From positions 69,320 through 133,319 of the forward strand of contig CASEFA010000001.1 of the NCBI GenBank assembly GCA_949287095.1: a stretch of 64,000 nt of DNA. The letters are read 5' to 3'. The stretch is from an uncultured Bacillota bacterium. Its GTDB lineage: Bacteria > Bacillota > Clostridia > Peptostreptococcales > Anaerovoracaceae. Positions 20,405 to 29,118 of this stretch are shown in pieces. Each line of letters starts with the position of its first letter. Position 1 is the first letter of the stretch. The position numbers and the translations under genes are program-made. The notes under the pieces are model-generated. The model was given only the letters and a program-made list of their open reading frames with translations, searched no databases and was not told where the DNA came from.

Positions 20405-21156
20405 CCGAACCTCCCTGTAATGTAATCCTCGGTTTTCTTGTTTGACGGTACCGAGAAGAGCTTTTCCGTCTTATCGTATTCTATCATTTCTCCCAGGAGG
20501 AAGAATGCGGTGTTGTCGGATACTCTCACCGCCTGCTGCATGTTGTGGGTAACCATTATTATGGTGTACTTCTCCTTCAGCTCTATGGCAAGATCCTCGA
20601 TTTTCGACGTGGAAATCGGATCGAGGGCCGAGGTGGACTCGTCCATGAGGAGAACCTCAGGCTCTACAGCAAGGGCTCTCGCGATGCAGAGTCTCTGCTG
20701 CTGACCTCCGGAAAGTCCCAGAGCGCTCTTTTTCAGTCTGTCCTTCAGCTCATCCCATATCGCAGCCGCCTTGAGGGAGTTTTCGACTATCTCGTCAAGC
20801 TCAGTTTTGCTCTTAATGCCGTGGGTTCTCGGACCGTAGGCCACGTTGTCGTAAACGCTCATAGGAAAAGGATTCGGCTTCTGGAACACCATGCCTACCC
20901 GCTTTCTCAGGTTGTTCACGTCTACACCCTTTGCGTAGATGTCCATGCCGTCAAGGGCCACGAGGCCGTCAATCTTACACCCTTCGACCAGGTCGTTCAT
21001 TCTGTTCAAAGTCTTTAAAAGTGTGGATTTTCCGCAGCCGGACGGGCCTATGAGGGCGGTTATCTCCTTTTCCGGAATGCTTAAGTTTATATCCTTCAGA
21101 CCGTGAAAATTCCCATAGTAGAGATTCAGGTCCTTTATTTCATATTTTGTCGCCAT
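20401..21156 (-). CDS. pstB: phosphate ABC transporter ATP-binding protein
   Basis: 251 aa. GPSGCGKST Walker [10 protein letters not shown] signature, and a PstB-typical N-terminus. Confidence 0.9.
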   Translation of the reverse strand: MATKYEIKDLNLYYGNFHGLKDINLSIPEKEITALIGPSGCGKSTLLKTLNRMNDLVEGCKIDGLVALDGMDIYAKGVDVNNLRKRVGMVFQKPNPFPMSVYDNVAYGPRTHGIKSKTELDEIVENSLKAAAIWDELKDRLKKSALGLSGGQQQRLCIARALAVEPEVLLMDESTSALDPISTSKIEDLAIELKEKYTIIMVTHNMQQAVRVSDNTAFFLLGEMIEYDKTEKLFSVPSNKKTEDYITGRFG

Positions 21157-21174
21157 TTGAATACTCCTCTCCTG

Positions 21175-22008
21175 TTATTCCTTGTTTCTTCCGACCGCTC
21201 TTGCGACCAGTCCGGAAAGAGCGTTGATGATGATTACCATTACCAGCAGGACTACAGCTGTTGCGTACGCCTGATCCGTATAGAGTCCCTCTGAGAGGAG
21301 AGCGTACATGTGTACAGATAAGGTCCTTCCAGACGAGAACAGGCTCGTAGCAACACCTGTAACCGTTCCTGCCGTGTATAGTAAAGCCGCTGTTTCTCCC
21401 ACAATCCTTCCTATACCTAAGATGACTCCCGCCAGGATGCCCGGGATTGCGGAAGGGAGTACTACCCTGAAAACAGTGCGCAGCTTTCCTGCTCCAAGTC
21501 CCAGACTGCCTTCTCTGTAGCTGTCCGGAACGCCTTTTAAGGCTTCTTCCGTAGTTCTCATTATGAGAGGAAGAATCATTATTGCAAGGGTCAGTATACC
21601 TGCCAGAATGTTGTAGGACTTAAAGGCCGTTACGAACATGAGGTAGCCGAACAGTCCGTACACTATGGAAGGTATTCCCGAAAGAGTTTCCGTTGTGATT
21701 CTCACCACGCCGACGATTTTGTTCCCGCGGCCCGCGTACTCCACGAGATAGATCGCCGAGAACACTCCGAACGGCACTGCTATGAGAAGGGCGAGGGCCG
21801 TCATGGTCAGGGTGTTTATGATGGCGGGCATCATGGAAACGTTGTCGGTGGTGTATTCCCATTCAAAGAGTGAAGGGTTAAGGTTAGGTATTCCCATTAT
21901 CAGTATGTATCCCACTACCGCAACCAACACGCCTACTGTAAGCAGGGTCGCCAGCTTTACCAGTATGTTGAGGAACAGGGAAAGGGGATGTCCTTTGAAT
22001 TTCTGCAT
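21175..22008 (-). CDS. pstA: phosphate ABC transporter permease PstA
   Basis: 277-aa permease with EAA-type loop (EEALKGVPDSYREGSLGLGA). Confidence 0.85.
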   Translation of the reverse strand: MQKFKGHPLSLFLNILVKLATLLTVGVLVAVVGYILIMGIPNLNPSLFEWEYTTDNVSMMPAIINTLTMTALALLIAVPFGVFSAIYLVEYAGRGNKIVGVVRITTETLSGIPSIVYGLFGYLMFVTAFKSYNILAGILTLAIMILPLIMRTTEEALKGVPDSYREGSLGLGAGKLRTVFRVVLPSAIPGILAGVILGIGRIVGETAALLYTAGTVTGVATSLFSSGRTLSVHMYALLSEGLYTDQAYATAVVLLVMVIIINALSGLVARAVGRNKE

Positions 22009-22865
22009 TATGCCTTCCCTCCCTTTCGCTTAAGCAGTGAGAACAACAGGTTGATTATGAGTATGAACACGAACAGCACTACTGCCGTCGCGATGAGGGC
22101 TTCTCTGTGAAGTCCTTCCGCATAGCCCATTTCGAGTACTATGTTGGTGGTCATGGTTCTTGCCATATCGAGAACGCTTTCCGGTATTACCGGCGAGTTT
22201 CCCACTATTACGGAAACCGCAAGGGTCTCACCTATGGCTCTTCCCACGCCCAGTATTACGGCCGCGGTAATTCCCGACTTTGCCGCAGGTATTACGGTGA
22301 AGAACACGCTGCGCTCGTGAGTTGCACCCAGAGCCAGAGCGCCTTCGTAATATGCGTCAGGCACCGCTCTTATGTTGGATTCGGACACGCTTATTATCGT
22401 AGGAAGAATCATTATTCCCAGCATTATGGACGCTGTGAGGATTCCCTTTCCTCCCGTGCCGAAGACGTCCTGTATTATAGGGACTATGACCATGAGGCCG
22501 AAGAATCCGTATACTATGGACGGGATGCCTGCCAGAAGATCGATTGCAGGCTTGAGTATTTTGTGGATTTTTGGCGGACAGAATTTCGCCATGTATGTGG
22601 CGCAAAGTATGCCGATTGGCACGCCGATTATTATTGCGCCGATTGTAACGTATATGCTTCCTATTATCATAGGAAGGATTCCGAATATCTCGTTGTTAGG
22701 CTTCCACTCCGTTCCCGTGAGGAACTCCTTGAAGCCTATCTTCTGCATCGCCGGAATTCCGTTTCCGAACATGTAGACGCAGATGAGTATTACGGCTACT
22801 ATGGACGCGCATGCCGCTATGAGAAACACAAGCTGCATGGCCTTTTCCTTAAAGCTACCTTTCAT
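22008..22865 (-). CDS. pstC: phosphate ABC transporter permease PstC
   Basis: 285-aa permease (ESNIRAVPDAYYEGALALGATH). Start/stop junction with pstA. Confidence 0.85.
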   Translation of the reverse strand: MKGSFKEKAMQLVFLIAACASIVAVILICVYMFGNGIPAMQKIGFKEFLTGTEWKPNNEIFGILPMIIGSIYVTIGAIIIGVPIGILCATYMAKFCPPKIHKILKPAIDLLAGIPSIVYGFFGLMVIVPIIQDVFGTGGKGILTASIMLGIMILPTIISVSESNIRAVPDAYYEGALALGATHERSVFFTVIPAAKSGITAAVILGVGRAIGETLAVSVIVGNSPVIPESVLDMARTMTTNIVLEMGYAEGLHREALIATAVVLFVFILIINLLFSLLKRKGGKA

Positions 22866-22915
22866 ACAGCGCTTTTACTCTCCTCTCACTGAATCTTATA
22901 ACCTGTCGACAGGGC

Positions 22916-22944
22916 GAAAGCAGGGAAACGTCTCCCCTGCTTTC
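22916..22944 (-). promoter_or_regulatory. intercistronic stem-loop between pstS and pstC
   Basis: Minus strand GAAAGCAGGGgagacgtttCCCTGCTTTC. This is the usual position for a partial terminator or stabiliser after a binding-protein gene. Confidence 0.5.
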
Positions 22945-22975
22945 TTTCTTATGCTCTGTCTCTGATGTCAATATC

Positions 22976-23869
22976 TTATTTAACGTCGTCCCATGCGGTA
23001 ACTTCGCCGGTGTAGATCTTGGTGATCATGTCGCTTGCGATGTCCTCTACAGGGTTCTCGGAGTTTACGATTACTGCGATTCCGTCAAGAGCGATTACAG
23101 TACCGGTGATTCCCTGGGAAGTTTCATCGTCCTTAAGCTCTCTGGAAGCCATACCGATGTCGCTGATTCCGTTGATTGCGTCGGTTACGCCGGTAGTGGA
23201 GTCGGACTGCTGAATCTCAATCTCAAGGTCAGGGTTTACAGCGTTGTATGCTTCTGCAAGCTTCTCCATAAGCGGGGTTACGGAGGAAGAACCTGACACT
23301 GTGATAGTTCCGCTTACGTCTCCGCCTTCAAAAGCGCCCTGGTTTCCTTCGCTGATGTATCCTTCTTCTTCAGCTACTGCCTGTCCCTCTTCACTCATGA
23401 TGAAGTTTATGAAGTCCTGAGCTTCAGCGCTTACGTCAGCCTTTGTTACGATGTTGAACGGTCTGGACACTTTGTAGTCGCCGCTCTTTACGTTTTCTGC
23501 GGTCGCCTCTACACCGTCAACCTTCAGAGCCTTTACAAGGCTTTCATCGAGGGAGCCGAGGGATACGTATCCGATAGCCTGCTTGTTGCCGCTTACGGTC
23601 TGCATCATTACGGAGGTGCTGTTGGTTACCTCTGCCTCTGCGATAGTGTTATCCGTGCCGTCCTCTCCTTCAATTCCGAACAGCTCTATGAATGCGCCTC
23701 TCGTTCCGGAACCGTCTTCTCTGGTCAGTACACTGATGTCGCCGGTCATTGCTGCTGCGGTATCGCCGCCTTCCTCTTCAGCCGGCTCGTCGTTGCCGCC
23801 GCATGCGGTAAGTGCGCCCATTGCGAGAACTGCAATCATTCCTGCAGCTAAAAGCTTCTTAAGTTTCAT
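22976..23869 (-). CDS. pstS: phosphate-binding lipoprotein PstS
   Basis: 297 aa. Lipobox LTAC and SGSSSVTPLMEKLAEAY motif. Confidence 0.85.
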   Translation of the reverse strand: MKLKKLLAAGMIAVLAMGALTACGGNDEPAEEEGGDTAAAMTGDISVLTREDGSGTRGAFIELFGIEGEDGTDNTIAEAEVTNSTSVMMQTVSGNKQAIGYVSLGSLDESLVKALKVDGVEATAENVKSGDYKVSRPFNIVTKADVSAEAQDFINFIMSEEGQAVAEEEGYISEGNQGAFEGGDVSGTITVSGSSSVTPLMEKLAEAYNAVNPDLEIEIQQSDSTTGVTDAINGISDIGMASRELKDDETSQGITGTVIALDGIAVIVNSENPVEDIASDMITKIYTGEVTAWDDVK

Positions 23870-23940
23870 AATTCTTTACTCTCCTTTTATCAGATTTATT
23901 TTTTATCATCTTGATTACAGGTACCAATATAAAGGAGAAA

Positions 23941-23980
23941 TGTAAAGTGTGTAATCGCAGTTATGTTAAATGTATGTAAA
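23941..23980 (-). promoter_or_regulatory. candidate PhoP (Pho-box) repeats upstream of pstS
   Basis: Minus strand TTTACAtacatTTAACAtaactgcgaTTACACacTTTACA: four TT(A/T/C)ACA-like hexamers, the first two spaced 11 bp. A TATATT -10 candidate follows. Confidence 0.45.
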
Positions 23981-24027
23981 ATCAGGGCAGGGGGTGAAAG
24001 CGGGAAACAGTGAATTCTCCTCCCGCA

Positions 24028-24056
24028 TTGATATTACGTATTATTTATTGTATACT
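24028..24056 (+). promoter_or_regulatory. sigma70 promoter TTGATA-17-TATACT
   Basis: cgcaTTGATAttacgtattatttattgTATACTtta, upstream of the 120-aa gene. Confidence 0.5.
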
Positions 24057-24098
24057 TTAATTCAAAGGTGTTTACAAAGCGGTAAGGAGATTAAAGAT

Positions 24099-24461
24099 AT
24101 GACTAAGAAAAAGAAATTCAAGAAAGTGCTGATTATCGTTGTCGTCCTTTCTCCTCTCTGGCTATGGCTCTGGTTTCATCCTATCCAGAAGTCACTGGCG
24201 GGAATGAGATTCGAAAGCTATATTGCAGAGCAGAATGTTCCGGAAGATGACATCAAAACTAAAGAAGTTATGCGCGATGCTAAAAGGGATGTGTATGAGA
24301 TAACCGTCACATATAAAAGCGACCCGAAGAACATCTATGTCTACACCTATTCCCCGCCATATTCAATGCGCTGCACACCGCAGCTTCCTGACGGGCACGT
24401 GGTCTTCCTGATGAGGGATGTGGTTTATCCTCCTCTTGAAGATCGCAGGCCTCCAAACTAA
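24099..24461 (+). CDS. small membrane-anchored protein (DUF3139-like)
   Basis: AAGGAG precedes ATG 24099. MTKKKKFKKVLIIVVVLSPLWLWLW anchor followed by ...YIAEQNVPEDDIKTKEV...YEITVTYKSDPKNIYVY. Confidence 0.55.
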   Translation: MTKKKKFKKVLIIVVVLSPLWLWLWFHPIQKSLAGMRFESYIAEQNVPEDDIKTKEVMRDAKRDVYEITVTYKSDPKNIYVYTYSPPYSMRCTPQLPDGHVVFLMRDVVYPPLEDRRPPN

Positions 24462-24477
24462 AGCAAAAGACTATACG

Positions 24478-24718
24478 TTGACCAATAATAGTTTGGCTAA
24501 ATTGCATATACGATTGAGAAAAACCAATAAATCTTGGTTAAAAGCGAAAGTTTAAAGGGAAAAGCCAAGAAAAACAGCCGGGACAGCGTAAATAATTTAC
24601 ATTTATAACCATTAATGGTATAAATTATGGCATAAATGTTGGTTTTTCACATTCGATTCCCCTAAAAAACCAAGAAAATTTGGCTTTTTAACAGAGATAT
24701 TACAGAATGACCAATCTC
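24478..24718. repeat. nested-inverted-repeat intergenic element, copy B (CCAA/TTGG family)
   Basis: Collinear with 4371-4598. Shared blocks: ...AAACCAATAAATCTTGGTTAAAA..., AAAAGCCAAG, TTTACATTTATAACCATTAATGG core, GTTGGTTTTT, AAAAACCAAGAAAATTTGGCTTTTT, CAGAATGACCAATCTC. Confidence 0.7.
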
Positions 24719-24835
24719 TTTTTCAACGAACACCGCGCCGGCATGTTTTGGTCGAACGATCATTAAACCGAATGACGATTTTGTCCGGAAAAATTAGAAC
24801 TCATGTCCTCAGCGCAAGTCATCGGAGCCCTGAGA

Positions 24836-25684
24836 CTATCTGTCTATTTCCGTCCTGTCCGCTATCTGTCCCAGGGTCAGGAACTCCGCTCCGTTTTCGG
24901 CCATGTAGGCGATGAACCGCTCCAGGACTATGATGTTGTGGGCCCGGCCCGTAACCTGTGGGTGCATGGTCAGAGCCATCATGCCGCCTTTGATATGAGA
25001 GATTCCGTAATCAAAGTGGTTTTTCCATATCTCGTAGTACTGGCTCGGCGCCTTCATGCCCGTCCTCGTCATGACGAACTCGGAATGAGGAAAGTCGTCA
25101 AGGTACCATGAAACCGGAAGCTCCATTATCTTTGACGGCTCGCCAAAGGAGTTGCCGCGCTCCATATCCGCCGTGCACGGACGTATCATATAAGGATGAA
25201 AGTCGTTTCCCATCAGGCTGGAGTCGTACTTAAAGTCGTACCTTTCCAGAATGGACAAAGTGTTTTCGCTGAAGTCCCAGCCCGGCGAACGGTAGCCGAC
25301 GGGCTTTGCGCCCACTTTATCGAGAGCTTCAAAGCCTTTTTCTATCTCGCGGATCTCCTCGTCACAGTTCTGTTCGGAAGGGTCCAGATGGTCGTAGCTG
25401 TGATGGCAAATCTCATGACCTCTCCTTATTATCTCCTTTACCGTATCGGGATGGGTATCGGCCGTGTGTCCCGGCACGCAGAAAGTGGATTTTATTCCGT
25501 AGTCGTCCAGAAGATCGAGAATCCTCGGAACGGCGACCTCTGCGCCGAACTCTCCCCTGGACATATATACAGGCGAAGTTTTCCCGTAGGCTCCCATCCA
25601 CACGGAAGCCGCATCGAAATCGAACCCCAGATTTACCGCAAGCTTTTTCCCCTCGCTCAGTTTTACTTTTCCCGTGTACTGCAT
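24836..25684 (-). CDS. polysaccharide deacetylase (CE4) family protein
   Basis: About 282 aa from the ATG preceded by GGAGGAACAAAGG. HHSYDH metal motif and NLGFDFDA N-terminal strand. Confidence 0.7.
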   Translation of the reverse strand: MQYTGKVKLSEGKKLAVNLGFDFDAASVWMGAYGKTSPVYMSRGEFGAEVAVPRILDLLDDYGIKSTFCVPGHTADTHPDTVKEIIRRGHEICHHSYDHLDPSEQNCDEEIREIEKGFEALDKVGAKPVGYRSPGWDFSENTLSILERYDFKYDSSLMGNDFHPYMIRPCTADMERGNSFGEPSKIMELPVSWYLDDFPHSEFVMTRTGMKAPSQYYEIWKNHFDYGISHIKGGMMALTMHPQVTGRAHNIIVLERFIAYMAENGAEFLTLGQIADRTEIDR

Positions 25685-25745
25685 CCTTTGTTCCTCCGTA
25701 TATAAATCGGGTGCGGACAGATACGCCCGCACCCTCAGTTTAAAT

Positions 25746-26192
25746 CTAAAGTTTTTCCGAATCCAGAATAACCGTAAACGGCCCGTCGTTTACAAGGCTC
25801 ACCTTCATGTCTGCGCCGAAAACTCCACGCTCCACTACGGGAACGGATTTTCTGCATTCCGAAATGATGTACTCATAGAGCTCTTCCGCAAGGTCGGGCG
25901 CGCCGGCGTCCGTAAACCCCGGGCGGTTGCCCCTTTTGCAGTCGGCGTAAAGGGTGAACTGGGATATTAGAAGAAGGCTTCCTCCCACGGACTCCAGGTT
26001 CAGGTTGGTCTTGCCGTTTTCGTCCTCAAAAATGCGCATACCGATGAGCTTCTTTATCATCTTGTCTGCGGTTTCACGGGTGTCGCCCGATCCGACTCCT
26101 ATTAAGACCATGAAGCCTTTGCCGATCTGTCCGACAACCTCTCCGTCTACGCTGACGCTGCTTTCGAGAACTCTCTGAATAACAAATCTCAT
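25746..26192 (-). CDS. dtd: D-aminoacyl-tRNA deacylase
   Basis: [33 protein letters not shown]...SQFTLYAD...GNRPGF. The start shares one base with the racemase stop (TAATG). Confidence 0.9.
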   Translation of the reverse strand: MRFVIQRVLESSVSVDGEVVGQIGKGFMVLIGVGSGDTRETADKMIKKLIGMRIFEDENGKTNLNLESVGGSLLLISQFTLYADCKRGNRPGFTDAGAPDLAEELYEYIISECRKSVPVVERGVFGADMKVSLVNDGPFTVILDSEKL

Positions 26193-26896
26193 TATTTGAT
26201 TTCTCCTATCGCTCTGTAATATTCTATGCACCTGTCGGCCATGATTTCCATAGGGTCGCGGTAGTATTCCGGAAGATCGAGCTCCTTCTTCACCACGGAA
26301 AGCTCGGTGCAGGCAAGGATTGCGGCTTCACATCCGGCGTCCTTTATTTCCTTTTCTATTTCCGCCCAGAGATCCGCATCTGCCGGCTTGTTCTGCTTGA
26401 TCAGGTCGTAGATGGTGCTCATTACCTTCTTCTGGCCCTCAGGTGAAGGAGTGTACGGAATGATATCGTGCTTTTCGAACTCATTCTGATAGAGCCTCGT
26501 CTTAACTGTTCCGTCGGTGGCGAGAATGGCAACAGGCTTTCCCTTGCAGGTTCTGGCAAGTTCCTTTGCCGTCTCCTCTATCATGTGAATGAACGGGATT
26601 CCTACTTCGTCTCTTACCATGTTGACAAAATAGTGAGCGGTGTTGCAGGTTACGGCAAGGGCGCTGCACCCTGCGTTTTCCAGAACCTTTGCATCCTTAA
26701 GGATTCGGTCGCGCACTTCGGCTACCTTCTCCTCGTCTCCCGAAAGGATTGCGCCGGTTCTGTCAGGCATGCCGGAATCGCTGTATATTATCATATTCAG
26801 ATTTTCCTGGTCGCAGCCTGCGTCGGTCTTATCGATTATCATATCGTAGAAAAGCGATGAAGCCAGCGGCCCCATTCCTCCGATTACTCCTAACAT
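26192..26896 (-). CDS. Asp/Glu/hydantoin-type amino-acid racemase (aspartate racemase-like)
   Basis: [13 protein letters not shown] start after AAAAGGAG. Two catalytic-Cys motifs, TCNTAHYF and ILACTELS. Confidence 0.8.
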   Translation of the reverse strand: MLGVIGGMGPLASSLFYDMIIDKTDAGCDQENLNMIIYSDSGMPDRTGAILSGDEEKVAEVRDRILKDAKVLENAGCSALAVTCNTAHYFVNMVRDEVGIPFIHMIEETAKELARTCKGKPVAILATDGTVKTRLYQNEFEKHDIIPYTPSPEGQKKVMSTIYDLIKQNKPADADLWAEIEKEIKDAGCEAAILACTELSVVKKELDLPEYYRDPMEIMADRCIEYYRAIGEIK

Positions 26897-27028
26897 AGTA
26901 TTATATCTCCTTTTCGTCACAATGTGAAGACGCCGCCGCAGCGGAATCCGATGCTTCGGCGGCGCCCGTTTATTTTTAAGATCCGGCGTCAGTTAGGGAG
27001 GGGGAATGCCGGATCATAGGAATTTGCT

Positions 27029-28072
27029 CTATAAAAACTCTCTGAGTCCGTAATAGATATTTCCGCGAACGCCCTTCGTCGTCTCTGCATGGTACATAGA
27101 GCTGATGACCGATTCTTCCACAGCCTCAACAGCCGCTTCGAACACTTTGTCTATCTTCTCGTCATCGAACATCTTAATATCGATGAGTGACTTATCGCTG
27201 TAATGAGGCACTCTGTTTCCGGTGCTGAAGGCTACGGCTATGTCTCCGCTTCCATTGCCTAAATACGATCCGCATCTTCCCAGGGCTATGGATGAACGTC
27301 TGGCAACTCTCTTCAGCTGGCGGTCGGAAAGAGGAATATCAGTTGCAATGATCATTATGATCGATCCCAGATCCTTCTTATCCTCTGCAGCCATTCTCTC
27401 CCTGATGCGCTTTCCGATGTGGTCTCCGCCTATAACAAGGTTTCCGGATCCGCCGAAGTTGGACATCACTATAGCGCCTACGGTATAGTCTCTGTCGTCG
27501 ACCTTCACTGTTCTGGATGACGAGCCTATGCCGCCCTTGAGGCCCAGGCAGCACATTCCGGTTCCGCCTCCAACAGCTCCCTCTTCGAAAATATCGCCGT
27601 CTGCTTCAGCCTTTGACAGAGCTTCGCGAACGTGTTCCTTCTTTACATGAAGTCCCCTTATATCGTTAAGTCTGCCGTCGTTGCACTCGGTTACGAGGCA
27701 GTTTACAGTTCCGGTCTTCACTCCTATATCATCGTTTCTCTCCAGCATGTATTCGGTCAGCGCCTCAGCTGCCGTTCCCACGCTTAAAGTATTGGTCATT
27801 ACAATCGGCGTCTCTATGGTTCCCAGCTCTTCCACCTGAACCAGTCCGAGACTCTTGCCGAATCCGTTTATAACGGATACGCCTGCCATGACTTTGTCGT
27901 GAAAAATATCTCCCGTATGAGGCAGAACCGCCGTAACGCCGGTATTTATCTCAGCTCCGTCCTGAATTGTCACGTTAGCTACCTTCACTCCCGGAACATC
28001 AGTGATAAGATTCAGCTTTCCTCTCTGCCATTTGGAATGCAGCTCCAGGCCGCAGTCTTTAGGTAATCCCAT
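27029..28072 (-). CDS. P1/S58 (DmpA-type) aminopeptidase / D-Ala-esterase family protein
   Basis: 347 aa. LNLITDVPGVKVANVT N-terminus and TDIPLSDRQLKRVARRSSIALGRCGSYLGNGSGD C-terminal region typical of DmpA/BapA-like Ntn hydrolases. Confidence 0.7.
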   Translation of the reverse strand: MGLPKDCGLELHSKWQRGKLNLITDVPGVKVANVTIQDGAEINTGVTAVLPHTGDIFHDKVMAGVSVINGFGKSLGLVQVEELGTIETPIVMTNTLSVGTAAEALTEYMLERNDDIGVKTGTVNCLVTECNDGRLNDIRGLHVKKEHVREALSKAEADGDIFEEGAVGGGTGMCCLGLKGGIGSSSRTVKVDDRDYTVGAIVMSNFGGSGNLVIGGDHIGKRIRERMAAEDKKDLGSIIMIIATDIPLSDRQLKRVARRSSIALGRCGSYLGNGSGDIAVAFSTGNRVPHYSDKSLIDIKMFDDEKIDKVFEAAVEAVEESVISSMYHAETTKGVRGNIYYGLREFL

Positions 28073-28091
28073 TTTTAAAGTTCCTCCGTAT

Positions 28092-28889
28092 CTATACCAT
28101 AAATGAATATGCTTCCAGCAGATCCGCCACGTCGTCGGTCTCGTATGTTACTGTGCAGTCGTCCTTCAGCACTGCGCCGGGATAGGTGGAAGCTTTCTTT
28201 GCTCTCGTGTGATATTTATATGTGAGCTCCATCTCAAAGTGCTCAGGTATTTCAGCACATTTGAAGTTCTTTTCGGAAACAGCGGCTTTTGCAGCCTCCT
28301 CTATCAGCTCACAGGCTTCTACAGGATGCATGTTGAGAGTTCCTCCGCTGACGCCTTCCTTAACGGCTACGGTCTTAATCCACGGACACGATTCGGCCGC
28401 CTTGTCACAGATTCCCTTATCTCCGGTTATAAGCGCGGAAGGAACGCCGTGTCTTGCCGCGGCAAGGGCATTCACGTCGAACTCCGCCATAGGCTTTCCA
28501 TTAAGAAGAGCCTTCTGGAGAACAGGAAACTCCGTCGTATGGGACAAAGGACTGCTGCTGCTTCCTGCCTCGGCATGATATCCGATGTAGAACGCACAGT
28601 CAAAACCTCCGCCTACTCCGGCCATCATGGCGTCGATATCCTGAGCCCATCCGCGCAGAACCCTTACGCCTCTCGGCATTGCAGACGGCTGTATGTTCAT
28701 GGCATCCTCATGGCCGTCTTTTACGACAACTTCGTCTGCGCCTGCGGCAATGGCGCCTCTGGCAGCCGCAGCCACCTCTTTATTCATCTGCTCAGCCGCT
28801 TCGGCATATCCGGGTTTTCCGTAAAATGTCTCGTCCCAGGTAGTAACTCCGGTACAGCCTTCTATGTCCGCACTAATAAAAACTCTCAT
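28092..28889 (-). CDS. dppA: M55 D-aminopeptidase (DppA family)
   Basis: 265 aa. MRVFISADIEGCTGV N-terminus and GYHA motif, typical of B. subtilis DppA-like peptidases. Confidence 0.8.
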   Translation of the reverse strand: MRVFISADIEGCTGVTTWDETFYGKPGYAEAAEQMNKEVAAAARGAIAAGADEVVVKDGHEDAMNIQPSAMPRGVRVLRGWAQDIDAMMAGVGGGFDCAFYIGYHAEAGSSSSPLSHTTEFPVLQKALLNGKPMAEFDVNALAAARHGVPSALITGDKGICDKAAESCPWIKTVAVKEGVSGGTLNMHPVEACELIEEAAKAAVSEKNFKCAEIPEHFEMELTYKYHTRAKKASTYPGAVLKDDCTVTYETDDVADLLEAYSFMV

Positions 28890-28927
28890 ATTCTGCCTCC
28901 CGTATCTCTGTCTTTGCGGAATATAAA

Positions 28928-28943
28928 AGCAAAAAATATGCCA
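28928..28943 (-). promoter_or_regulatory. sigma54 -24/-12 promoter
   Basis: Minus strand TGGCATatttTTTGCT, read as TGGCAT-N5-TTGCT, about 40 nt upstream of the dppA ATG and divergent from the second sigma54 activator. Confidence 0.7.
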
Positions 28944-29014
28944 AGAATTGGATGTTGAATTTGCTTGCTTTTTATATCAGCAGAACTTCTTTTTTACTGT
29001 ATTCGGATTTTAAA

Positions 29015-29027
29015 TCCCATTAAATCT
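29015..29027. promoter_or_regulatory. 13-bp palindrome, candidate UAS
   Basis: GGATTTtAAATCC, about 80 nt upstream (minus sense) of the -24 element at 28943. Confidence 0.25.
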
Positions 29028-29047
29028 TATTATGACCTTGAAAGCCC

Positions 29048-29076
29048 CGCTGAAAGGGGTTATAATGGACGGGAAT
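29048..29076 (+). promoter_or_regulatory. sigma70 promoter TTGAAA-17-TATAAT
   Basis: ccTTGAAAgccccgctgaaaggggtTATAATgg, about 45 nt upstream of ATG 29119. Confidence 0.6.
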
Positions 29077-29118
29077 TCGGGTAACAGGCATATTTTGAAA
29101 TTTGTAAGGAGCACAGAC

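Noticed and set aside
22107-22892. Long antisense ORFs in the six-frame track. Examples: 22107-22892 opposite pstC, 13158-13952 opposite the sigma54 activator, 11973-12662 opposite dsdA, 9092-9667 opposite the AI-2E transporter, 28209-28958 opposite dppA, 30070-30708 opposite the second activator, and 44103-44678 opposite spmA.
   Set aside because: Each lies opposite a gene with clear family motifs. Their translations are low-complexity (Tyr/Arg/His/Ser-rich) and lack ribosome-binding sites. They are the usual shadow ORFs of a moderately GC-rich coding strand.
28946-28965. Plus-strand TTGGATgttgaatTTGCT in the dppA/activator intergenic region, resembling a sigma54 promoter pointing at the activator gene.
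   Set aside because: The GG-to-GC distance is one nucleotide too long and the -24 element is TGGAT. The activator gene has a consensus sigma70 promoter at 29048-29076.
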